Positions 48,127-57,000 of a DNA stretch of 64,000 nt are shown here, piece by piece. The stretch is from assembly GCA_943788175.1 (NCBI GenBank), contig CALSPG010000007.1, forward strand, positions 288,001-352,000. The letters run 5' to 3'. The DNA comes from an uncultured bacterium. Lineage in GTDB: Bacteria; Fidelibacterota; Marinisomatia; Marinisomatales; UBA1611. A model generated the notes under the pieces. That model saw only the letters and a program-made list of their open reading frames with translations. It had not been told where the DNA came from and searched no databases. A program made the translations under genes and the position numbers. Positions within the stretch are counted from its first letter, which is position 1, and each line of letters begins with the position of its first letter.

Positions 48127-50203
48127 ATTAATTATTTATACACTGCTCTCAGCACTAGGTTTTAGTCAAAACCCTAGTCCTTACAGGTATAGCTTAAAAT
48201 CAACTACTGATGGAGAGACATCTTTTTTTGAGGATGGTTTTAATAGTAATGTAGTTGCAGAAATTAAACTGATGAGTGATTCTCTAACTTGGTTTGGAAC
48301 GGGGAGAGGATTGTCATTATATGATGGAAAAAGTGCATTTACATATCAATCTACCACAGACTCTATTGTTGATATATTTACAAATCCTAGCTCTGTAACC
48401 AGTGTCTTGCCAAGCGGTGGGGTTTCAGCAATTGCAACATCAAATGATACTCTTTTAGTTGCATTTGCTGGTGATGATAACAACACACCATTAGGACTGG
48501 GTCTTGCAATAGCTTTTAAGGCGGGCTCATGGTATGAAACAGAGCCAACTGAAATAATGTCTTTTGATTTTTTATGGGATAGTCTCGCTGTTGATACCCT
48601 TAATGGTGTTTATTTTGGATTTGACAGTGAGTATGAAATAGGAACTGGATACAAAGGAACTTTTATAGTTTTAGGCCCCTTGACAGAAGCAGTGAAGACA
48701 ACAATCTCAGATAGCGTCAAAACTAATACTATTATCAAAATTACTAATTCTGATTTATCTAAAACATTAAGTTTTACTGTTCAGTCAATAACCGATTATA
48801 GTACAGCTCAAGTTCAATTAATTATTCAGTCCGGATCAATAAATTATAGCTCAATTAATGATGTTGGTTTTTTAAATGGTGAAACAGTTAAACTCAATAT
48901 AACAAAAGCCACAAAGGCTATAGCTTGGCAGTTTCTTCCTCAACCAGTGGATACTGATTTAGATATAGAAGTTCCTTTTGGGGAAGGTTATTTTTGGCAA
49001 TTACCTGTCACTGTATCTCAGGCAAATGTCACTTACGATGCTTCAATTTCAGGTAAATATTTATATGTAGCTAGCTGGGCTGGAGGTCTTCGCAGGTACG
49101 ACTTATCAATCAATTTAAGAAAGCCTCAAAATATTCCAATGCCTATGGATTGGCAATCGCAATTATCTACATGTCAGGATAGCGCTTATATAGATACTTT
49201 ATCAAAAATAACGGGCGATCCTATTTCTGTTCTAAAAAATTATTACTTAAATCCGCGTGACCCTGCTGACGGAGGGAATCACAATCATAAAGCTTTTTCA
49301 GTCCTAGCTTACGACAATAGAGTCTGGGTAGGGACTGCAAACGGTCTCAATAAAGGTAGGATTGTTGAAGAAATAATTCAGATATCGGAAAATGAATATG
49401 AAATTTTAAGCTGCATAGAATGGGACCATTACAAATACCCTTCAAATGGAATTTCAGGCAACTTTGTTGTTGCCTTGGGAAAACAAATCTGGAATAATCA
49501 AACCACAATTTGGGCAGCAACTGTTAGTACAGGTGAAAGTGGTGAAAACCAAGGCTTAAGTTATTCAAGAGATGATGGAGCCTCCTGGAAAACAGCCTTG
49601 CTTGGAGAGAGGGTATATAATATTGATGCAAAAGATTCTTTGGTTTTTGTATCTACTTCTTCTGGCCTTTGGAAGAGTTTAGATGGTGAAAATTGGGCTA
49701 AGTTCGACCCGGCAATCGAAAAAAGCCTTTTAAATCAAAGACAAATTCTTACAAATAGTGTCTATGCTGCAAAAATTGACAGTAGGGATTCAATTCCCAA
49801 ACTTTGGGTTGGAACTCCAGACGGTGTAGCTTTATCTCTAAATACTCAAGGTGATGATTGGAAAATTTTTCAAGCCGATCATGATATTGATGAAGTATAT
49901 GCTTATCCCAATCCTTTTTCTCCTCTCACTCATAATATGCTAGATAGTGATGGTTACGTTCGATTCCACGTTGGAAACATTGTTAATAAAGAGGTTAAAA
50001 TAGATATTTTTAATTTTGCTATGGAAAAAGTTCACTCAAAAAAGTACAACCTCAATTCTTACTACGGTGCTATCAAGTGGGATGGTAGAGATATGTTAGG
50101 TAATCATGTCGCCAACGGAGTTTATTTTATTCGAATTAATTATTCGAAATCAAGAAATCAATCTCCTGGTGATAATTGGACGAAATTAATAATTGTAAAA
50201 TGA
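48107..50203 (+). CDS. Beta-propeller protein with C-terminal sorting domain (PorZ-like)
   Basis: Propeller blades 'WFGTGRGLS', 'VWVGTANGL', 'SRDDGASW', 'LWVGTPDGV'; C-terminal 'YAYPNPF...WDGRD..G..VANGVYF...KLIIVK'. Confidence 0.6.
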   Translation: MKLSYNRLIIYTLLSALGFSQNPSPYRYSLKSTTDGETSFFEDGFNSNVVAEIKLMSDSLTWFGTGRGLSLYDGKSAFTYQSTTDSIVDIFTNPSSVTSVLPSGGVSAIATSNDTLLVAFAGDDNNTPLGLGLAIAFKAGSWYETEPTEIMSFDFLWDSLAVDTLNGVYFGFDSEYEIGTGYKGTFIVLGPLTEAVKTTISDSVKTNTIIKITNSDLSKTLSFTVQSITDYSTAQVQLIIQSGSINYSSINDVGFLNGETVKLNITKATKAIAWQFLPQPVDTDLDIEVPFGEGYFWQLPVTVSQANVTYDASISGKYLYVASWAGGLRRYDLSINLRKPQNIPMPMDWQSQLSTCQDSAYIDTLSKITGDPISVLKNYYLNPRDPADGGNHNHKAFSVLAYDNRVWVGTANGLNKGRIVEEIIQISENEYEILSCIEWDHYKYPSNGISGNFVVALGKQIWNNQTTIWAATVSTGESGENQGLSYSRDDGASWKTALLGERVYNIDAKDSLVFVSTSSGLWKSLDGENWAKFDPAIEKSLLNQRQILTNSVYAAKIDSRDSIPKLWVGTPDGVALSLNTQGDDWKIFQADHDIDEVYAYPNPFSPLTHNMLDSDGYVRFHVGNIVNKEVKIDIFNFAMEKVHSKKYNLNSYYGAIKWDGRDMLGNHVANGVYFIRINYSKSRNQSPGDNWTKLIIVK

Positions 50204-51147
50204 AAAAATATTTAATTCATACTATCTTTATTTTCTCATTTTCATTGTCGCAGGATTATGCGGGATTATCAGGTAGTTTTTTAAGAGTTGGTGTTACCGC
50301 AAGGTCTATTGCAATGGGCGGTGCATTTACAGCAGAAAAGGACCATGGTTTTTCTACTTTTTATAACCCAGCTTGGGCTGCTTTCCTAGTTGATAGGCAA
50401 GTTGGTCTTTCCTACTCTAGTATGTCCTTAGATAGAAGATTATCTGGGCTTAGTTTTGCTACTCCCCTTCCTCCAACCGCTGGTCTAGGAATTGCTTGGG
50501 TAAGCGCTGGTGTTACAGATATTCAGGGTAGAAGTAGTGCGGGAGAAAAGACAACAGTTATGCAGACAAGTGAAGATGCTTTGATGGTTTCTTTTGCTCA
50601 GAGAATTTTACCTTGGTTTTCTTTTGGCGTAAATATCAAAATACTTCAAAATCAGTTACCGATAAATGAGTCCTATAAAGGAAGTGGTATTGGATTTGAT
50701 GTTGGATTATTGTTTAAATCTGGAAAATCGACAACTTTTGGTTTAATGATTCAAGATATTAATTCTATGTATAATTGGGATTCAGGCGACTTATATGCTC
50801 AAGGAAGAATTTATAGCGAGTATTTTCCTACGATATATAGGTTTGGGACAAAGTTTAATTATAAAAGTATAAGAGTAGTCGCTGATGCGGGGTTTATCAC
50901 TAATTATAGGATTGGTAAAGAACTATCAGAGGATATATTTATCAATTTAATGCCAAGGGTTGGAGTAGAGTACACTTATCAGGATCTATACTTTTTTAGA
51001 GGTGGGTTAGGTAACGGGCGAATAGCATTTGGTTGGGGCTTAGAGTATGACTTAATAAAAAATCACGATTCTCGTATAGATTACACATTTTCAATGGACT
51101 GGGCATCTCAGTTAGCACATACATTATCATATGCATTCAATTTCTAG
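50200..51147 (+). CDS. PorV/PorQ family outer-membrane beta-barrel
   Basis: 'FLRVGVTARSIAMGGA...YNPA' N-terminal motif, alternating strands, terminal Phe; ATGA overlap with the upstream stop. Confidence 0.8.
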   Translation: MKKYLIHTIFIFSFSLSQDYAGLSGSFLRVGVTARSIAMGGAFTAEKDHGFSTFYNPAWAAFLVDRQVGLSYSSMSLDRRLSGLSFATPLPPTAGLGIAWVSAGVTDIQGRSSAGEKTTVMQTSEDALMVSFAQRILPWFSFGVNIKILQNQLPINESYKGSGIGFDVGLLFKSGKSTTFGLMIQDINSMYNWDSGDLYAQGRIYSEYFPTIYRFGTKFNYKSIRVVADAGFITNYRIGKELSEDIFINLMPRVGVEYTYQDLYFFRGGLGNGRIAFGWGLEYDLIKNHDSRIDYTFSMDWASQLAHTLSYAFNF

Positions 51148-52009
51148 AAAAACTTTTCTACTTTTTTGCGCATTACAATCTGTATCACCAGCGCTTGGGA
51201 CAAATTTTCTAAATTTCTCAGAAAATGCAAATGATTTAGCTTTAGGGAGACATCCCTCCGTAGGTGGTTCATCGGTAGTAAATCCATCTCTTATTAGACA
51301 GCATCATGAGAGTCCTATCTTTTTCATTAACTCTGGTAGCTGGTATGGCGATATTTCTATTTCAGGGCTTAACTATGTTCACAAAGTTGGAAATTATAAC
51401 AATAGGTTATTTTTAAAACAGGCAGAGATTAACGATCTAGAGTTTAGGGGATCTGAACCATCAGACGATCCGAATGCAATGTTTTCCGCATATGGCTTTC
51501 AATTGGGTTCTGGAATTTCTATAAAAAATGATCTTGGAGATTTTGGGGTATCAATAAGCTATTTATCCATTGGTATTTATGATCAAAATTCTAAGGGTTT
51601 TATTATCGATCTAGGGTATTCTAAATTATTATTGAATGGATGGAATATGGGCTTATCTGTTTTAAATATTGGTCACATTACAAAGTTGTATCAAGAAGTA
51701 CCTAAGCTACCTACTTTATTTTTAATTGGCGGTTCAAAAAGTTTTAGAGTTATCAATATAAGTAATAAGATTTACACAACGGCCGAATATTCTACTTTAG
51801 ATGCTATTTGGAAATTAAAATTGGGTTTGGATTTTGGATTGGAAAAAATAAAAATATTAACCGGCTATTCCATCGACAAGCATTCAGCAGCTTTTTCATT
51901 TGGTGGTGGTATTAGTTCTGGTCGATTTGGAGTTACATATGCTATTAAATTTGGTTCTCAAAAAATAGGGAACCCAAAAGTTTTAAGCCTTAGTTATATT
52001 TTACCCTGA
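51131..52009 (+). CDS. PorV/PorQ-like outer-membrane beta-barrel (divergent)
   Basis: 'FLNFSENANDLALG...NPS', 'IIDLGY', 'GLSVLNIG...KLP' patterns. Confidence 0.65.
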   Translation: MHSISRKTFLLFCALQSVSPALGTNFLNFSENANDLALGRHPSVGGSSVVNPSLIRQHHESPIFFINSGSWYGDISISGLNYVHKVGNYNNRLFLKQAEINDLEFRGSEPSDDPNAMFSAYGFQLGSGISIKNDLGDFGVSISYLSIGIYDQNSKGFIIDLGYSKLLLNGWNMGLSVLNIGHITKLYQEVPKLPTLFLIGGSKSFRVINISNKIYTTAEYSTLDAIWKLKLGLDFGLEKIKILTGYSIDKHSAAFSFGGGISSGRFGVTYAIKFGSQKIGNPKVLSLSYILP

Positions 52010-52875
52010 TGCAGCAGGACTACAAAACATTAATCATCTATGTGTTAACTCTCTTTGTAGTAGTCTTACTTATTGTATTAAAAAAACAACAGACTCATCT
52101 TACTGAACTTGAGAATGAAGTTGTAACTGAGCAGGACATAGAATTAGATCTAGACTCGACAGTACAAGAACCAGTTATTGAAGACCCCATAGATATAAAA
52201 AGTACACCTATGCGTGGCATTATTGCGCTAATTATTGATGATTTCGGTTATCGTAATGACCATATATCTAATGGGTTTTTGGAGCTACCCGGGAAACTGA
52301 CCTATGCTATCATTCCCGGACATGATCATAGCCAGCTTTTTTCTAAAAAAGCTTATGATGCTGGTTATGAAATTATTGTTCATTTACCTATGGAAAATAT
52401 TGGAAAAACTTATGGTGAGGAAGAATATGTTCTTATGTCATATTTTCAAGAAGATGAAATTAAAGAGAGGATAAATAAAGCCTTTGAGAACCTTCCCGAA
52501 TCGATTGGTTTAAATAACCACCAAGGTTCTAGGGGAACAGCAGATGCACGAATCATGACTCTCCTTGCTAAGGAGATTAAACAAAATAAAAAATTTTTTG
52601 TTGATAGTAGGACCACAAGAAATTCTTTAGCTGAAGAAACTATGCGCAAATATGGTGTCCCGACAAATTCAAGGGACATCTTTTTAGATAATGAATTAGA
52701 TGAAGATAAGATAACAGAACAGCTTATGAAGTTAGCTGATGTAGCTGAAAGAAAAGGGCTTGCGATCGGTATTGGACACGTAAAACCACAAACATTGAGC
52801 GTACTTCAAAAAGAAATACCGATTCTTCAAAGCAAGGGTTTCCGGTTTGAGTTTGTTTCTAGGTTAGTATATTAA
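52009..52875 (+). CDS. Divergent polysaccharide deacetylase family protein (YibQ-like)
   Basis: N-terminal TM; 'ALIIDDFG', 'HLPME', 'NNHQGS', 'FVDSRT', 'RDIFLDN', 'AIGIGH'. Confidence 0.92.
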   Translation: MQQDYKTLIIYVLTLFVVVLLIVLKKQQTHLTELENEVVTEQDIELDLDSTVQEPVIEDPIDIKSTPMRGIIALIIDDFGYRNDHISNGFLELPGKLTYAIIPGHDHSQLFSKKAYDAGYEIIVHLPMENIGKTYGEEEYVLMSYFQEDEIKERINKAFENLPESIGLNNHQGSRGTADARIMTLLAKEIKQNKKFFVDSRTTRNSLAEETMRKYGVPTNSRDIFLDNELDEDKITEQLMKLADVAERKGLAIGIGHVKPQTLSVLQKEIPILQSKGFRFEFVSRLVY

Positions 52876-52880
52876 TTTTT

Positions 52881-53861
52881 ATGCCAATTCTATGTAGAGT
52901 CACTCGTGGAGATTTAACAGAAAGTATTCATGTCATGTTTGCTACAGTAGTGGATGATTCAGGGCACATAGTTTTTTCTACTGGAGATCCAAATTACTTA
53001 ACGTGTATAAGGTCATCGCTCAAGCCTTTTCAAGCAGCTGCATCTATAAAAGCTGGAGCTGTAGATGCTGCTGGGTTCAATGAAAAAGAAATTGCGCTAA
53101 TGTGTGCATCTCATCTTGGTGAAAATAGGCATATAAAAACAGCGCAATCGATGTTGGATAAGTTAGGTTTCACATTAGATGATTATGAGTGTGGAGTTCA
53201 CTTTCCTGCAGATATATTGTCAAAACGCGACTTAATTCACTCAAAGACTGATCCAAATCCATTACATAATAATTGTAGTGGAAAGCATGCAGGTATGCTT
53301 GCACTTGCTAAATACTTAGTTAATAACCCCAAAAACTATATTCAGCCAGAACATGAAGTCCAAAAAACTATTTTCAAGGCTTTACAGGAGTATTCTGGTA
53401 TCAAAGATATACCAATGGAAACTGATGGTTGTTCTGCTCCAACTGCTTTTTTCACAATGGAAACAATTGCTAAACTTTATCAATTACTTGCAACAGAAGA
53501 GTATCCAGAATTAGTTCGAGTTTTTAACGCTATGAATTCTCATCCATATAATGTGGCGGGGAATGGCCACTTTGATACTAAATTTATCACTGCTTTAGGT
53601 GGAAATGCTGTGACAAAAGGCGGAGGTGAATCCATTCAAGGGATAGCTTTAAAAAACAGAGACGGTAAAAATTTAGGTATTTCTTTAAAAGTATTGGATG
53701 GAAATTCTCGGGCAATGCCGATTGGTTCAATTACGCTTTTAGAACATTTAGACTTACTTTCTAAAAAAGAAATTTCAAATTTAGACGAATTTAGAAAAAG
53801 AGAACGTAAGAACTGTCGAGATAAAAAAATTGGTCAAATAGAAGTATATATAGAATCTTAG
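52881..53861 (+). CDS. L-asparaginase, Rhizobium-type (class 3 / 'asparaginase II' family)
   Basis: 'RG...ESIH', 'RSSLKPFQA', 'CASH.GE', 'NNCSGKHAGML', 'DGCSAP'. Confidence 0.85.
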   Translation: MPILCRVTRGDLTESIHVMFATVVDDSGHIVFSTGDPNYLTCIRSSLKPFQAAASIKAGAVDAAGFNEKEIALMCASHLGENRHIKTAQSMLDKLGFTLDDYECGVHFPADILSKRDLIHSKTDPNPLHNNCSGKHAGMLALAKYLVNNPKNYIQPEHEVQKTIFKALQEYSGIKDIPMETDGCSAPTAFFTMETIAKLYQLLATEEYPELVRVFNAMNSHPYNVAGNGHFDTKFITALGGNAVTKGGGESIQGIALKNRDGKNLGISLKVLDGNSRAMPIGSITLLEHLDLLSKKEISNLDEFRKRERKNCRDKKIGQIEVYIES

Positions 53862-53882
53862 TTAATCATAATTGGAGTAATC

Positions 53883-56800
53883 ATGTCAATTTCTAAAACG
53901 TATAATCATTTTATAATTATCATTACTTTTTTGATTTCTATCGCATTATCTAATTCCGGGGGAGTTGGCGGTAATTACGCAAATAATGCACCAAATTCAT
54001 CAAACTGTACTTCATGTCATTCTGGAAGCGCTAATTCTGGAAATGGAAGCGTTACAATTACGGGCTTACCCTCTGATGGTTATGTTCCTGGTGATTCCTA
54101 CAGTTTAACTATTAAAGTTTCTGGTAGTCATAGAGACGGTTATGGTTTTCAAATGGCATCTCAAGTTGGTAACAATAATGCTGGGACATTTTCTCTGAGT
54201 GGGAATTCTCAAAATGCTGAATTAAGTGGTAGTAAAGTACAGCAAAGCGCTAGGACGATATCTGGTGAATGGATAGTTGAATGGTTAGCTCCTAACTCAG
54301 ATGTTGGAGATATTACCTTTTCTGCTTCTGGTTTAGCTACTGGAGGTGCATCAAGCAATAGTGGAGATAATGTTTATACGGCATCTGTTGCTTTGCCTGC
54401 TTTTGTGCCTCAAGAGGTTGACTTATTTTTTAGTGAATATTCAGAAGGTTCTTCAAACAATAAGTATGTTGAAGTTTATAACCCTACTGGATCAGACGTC
54501 GACTTATCTAGTTATGCCATCAAAGGTACTAATAACGGCACAGCTTGGGGTGATGGTGGAGACAGAAATGTCATATTGAGCGGGACATTAAGTGCCGGGG
54601 ATGTTTTTATCATGTCAACAGATCAATCTGATCAGGCTATACTAGACGCTGCTGATTTAGCGCTACCTTATGAAAGTCCTGTCCATTACAATGGTAACGA
54701 TGCAATTGGACTCTTTAAAAATGATGAACTAATCGATGCTATTGGAGTAGAATTAGACGATCCGGGTTCTGGCGGCTGGTCTGTTTCTGGAAATAGTGGA
54801 GCAACAAAAGATAATACTTTAATTAGAAAATCAACAGTTACAACTGGGAATACAGATTGGACGCTATCTGCTGGTACTTCAGGAGACGACTCAGAATGGA
54901 TTGTTGAAGCTATAGATTACAGAGCCAATTTAGGTGTTCACGTTTATGGAAACAGTGGAGAAAATATTTTACCAATAGCAAATGCAGGTGGTAATCAAAC
55001 TGTCTTACTTGGAAGTCTCGTTACTTTAGACGGCTCTTCTAGTGTTGATCCTGATGGCTCGATAGCATCATTTCTATGGACTCAAACAGCTGGTGCAACA
55101 GTTTCCTTAAGTTCTACAGATGTTGCGGAAGTGACTTTCACAGCGCCTAATGCTGCAGATAGTTTATCTTTTACTTTACAAGTAACCGATGATGATGGTG
55201 CAAGTTCATCTGAAACTATTTATGTTAAAGCAGCATCACCAAGTCCAATTTTCTTTAGTGAATATGCCGAAGGTGGATCGGGTTATCACAAATATCTAGA
55301 AATTTATAATTCCTCAGATATTGAAATTGATCTTTCTGGTTACGCAATTTTAGGCAATGGCAATGGAGGTCCTTTTAATGATACTCTTAGATTTGATCCT
55401 AATACAATATTAGCTAGCCAGGGAGTCTACGTCATAGCGCATGCTGAGGCTGATCCAATAATATTGGCTGAGGCAGATAAAGTAATAGCTAACCCATTTA
55501 ATAACCCTGAAGGTGATCCAGATTCTTACATCGTCTCTTTCAATGGTGATGATGCTAGAGCAATCGCAAAAATCGAGGGTTCAGAATTTAATGTTATTGA
55601 TATCATTGGCACATTATCTGGTGGAGATCCTGGCAATGGATGGGATGTCGCTGGTGTTACGGATGGAACAACAAATCACACTCTTATCAGAAAACCTGCT
55701 ATCAGTTTTGGCAATGCAGACTGGGCCTCTTCTGCCGGTACTAGTGCTGATAATTCTGAATGGATTGTTAAAGATGATTTAGATTGGACAAACATTGGTT
55801 GTCACAATACCGAATGCGCGTCTACGGGCCCTGCTTTAAGCGGGCTGACAGCATCTCCAGCATTTTTGACCAATGAAACAGAAATTGAGCTAAGCGTTTC
55901 GATTATATCCGAAGTAGGTACTATTGATGAAAGTAGTGTAAAAGTAAAGTTTGGCACAAATGATCAACTGGTTAATGAGGCTCAATTATTTTTAGATGCT
56001 GGTAATACTTATGTCGGGACAATACCTGCGCAGCAAGGAAACACAAAGTTCCAAATGCGCGTTTCTGCTAAAAACAGTGAAGGCGATGAGGGTCAGTCTG
56101 ATTTAGTTGAGAGGCTTATTGCAAGTGCAACGCCAAATCAAATTTCAGAGCTTTATTCAAATCAAACTAGTGACCAATTGGTTACCATAAAAGGCATTGT
56201 AACTATTGGTGGCTCAGGGCTTTTATATCCAACGCAGACAAAAGCTTATTTACAAGATGCGTCAGGCAGAGGACTTCAATTATTTGATTATAATATAATT
56301 GAAGGTTTAGATAGAGGCGATGAAATTGAGGTAGTCGGTTACGCTGGTTACTATCAAACAACATATCAAGTGAAAGATTTTGTGTTTCGTGAAATCTCAA
56401 GCGGCAATGACCTTCCTTTACCAATTGAGGTTACTGCTTCTCAAGCAAACTCATCAAATTATGAAGGCACATTGATTGCAATTACTGGAAACATTACTGC
56501 GATTTCTCCAGTGAGTACAAATGGGAATAATTATACTATTGATGACTTAACTGCTGTAATGATTTGGAATTCTACTGGAATTGATGTTTCAGCCTTAACA
56601 GTTGGTTACCGTGGAAAATTTGTTGGCGTGGGAAGCCAATATTTTGAAAATTATCAACTCTTAGTGGGCTATGATTCTGATATTTCAACTATGGTTGGTG
56701 TTGACTTAAACGATATTATTGTTGATGAGTTTACTGTCCTTCCGGCATATCCTAATCCGTTTAATCCTGTTACAAATTTATCATTTGTTTTAGATACGCC

Positions 56801-56987
56801 TTCTGAGGTTATGTTAAAGGTCTATGATGTTAATGGAAAATTAGTAGAAGTAAGTAACTCCAAACTTTATCAATCAGGTAGGCATAGCATTCAATGGAAT
56901 GCGACTAGTTTGTCTTCTGGTATGTATTTTGTTCACTTAATGAATGGTGTTGAAAGACGTACCCAAAAAGTGATGCTATTGAAATAA
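53883..56987 (+). CDS. Secreted multidomain protein: Reeler-like (choice-of-anchor V-like), two lamin-tail domains, PKD, OB-fold-like region, T9SS-type CTD
   Basis: 'CTSCH...GYVPG..Y.LT...GFQ'; two 'FFSEY.EG....KY.E.YN' units; 'PIANAGGNQ...VTLDGSSSVDPDG'; 'AYLQDASGRG'; 'AYPNPFNP...KVMLLK'. Confidence 0.8.
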   Translation: MSISKTYNHFIIIITFLISIALSNSGGVGGNYANNAPNSSNCTSCHSGSANSGNGSVTITGLPSDGYVPGDSYSLTIKVSGSHRDGYGFQMASQVGNNNAGTFSLSGNSQNAELSGSKVQQSARTISGEWIVEWLAPNSDVGDITFSASGLATGGASSNSGDNVYTASVALPAFVPQEVDLFFSEYSEGSSNNKYVEVYNPTGSDVDLSSYAIKGTNNGTAWGDGGDRNVILSGTLSAGDVFIMSTDQSDQAILDAADLALPYESPVHYNGNDAIGLFKNDELIDAIGVELDDPGSGGWSVSGNSGATKDNTLIRKSTVTTGNTDWTLSAGTSGDDSEWIVEAIDYRANLGVHVYGNSGENILPIANAGGNQTVLLGSLVTLDGSSSVDPDGSIASFLWTQTAGATVSLSSTDVAEVTFTAPNAADSLSFTLQVTDDDGASSSETIYVKAASPSPIFFSEYAEGGSGYHKYLEIYNSSDIEIDLSGYAILGNGNGGPFNDTLRFDPNTILASQGVYVIAHAEADPIILAEADKVIANPFNNPEGDPDSYIVSFNGDDARAIAKIEGSEFNVIDIIGTLSGGDPGNGWDVAGVTDGTTNHTLIRKPAISFGNADWASSAGTSADNSEWIVKDDLDWTNIGCHNTECASTGPALSGLTASPAFLTNETEIELSVSIISEVGTIDESSVKVKFGTNDQLVNEAQLFLDAGNTYVGTIPAQQGNTKFQMRVSAKNSEGDEGQSDLVERLIASATPNQISELYSNQTSDQLVTIKGIVTIGGSGLLYPTQTKAYLQDASGRGLQLFDYNIIEGLDRGDEIEVVGYAGYYQTTYQVKDFVFREISSGNDLPLPIEVTASQANSSNYEGTLIAITGNITAISPVSTNGNNYTIDDLTAVMIWNSTGIDVSALTVGYRGKFVGVGSQYFENYQLLVGYDSDISTMVGVDLNDIIVDEFTVLPAYPNPFNPVTNLSFVLDTPSEVMLKVYDVNGKLVEVSNSKLYQSGRHSIQWNATSLSSGMYFVHLMNGVERRTQKVMLLK

Positions 56988-57000
56988 AACTCTAACTTTT

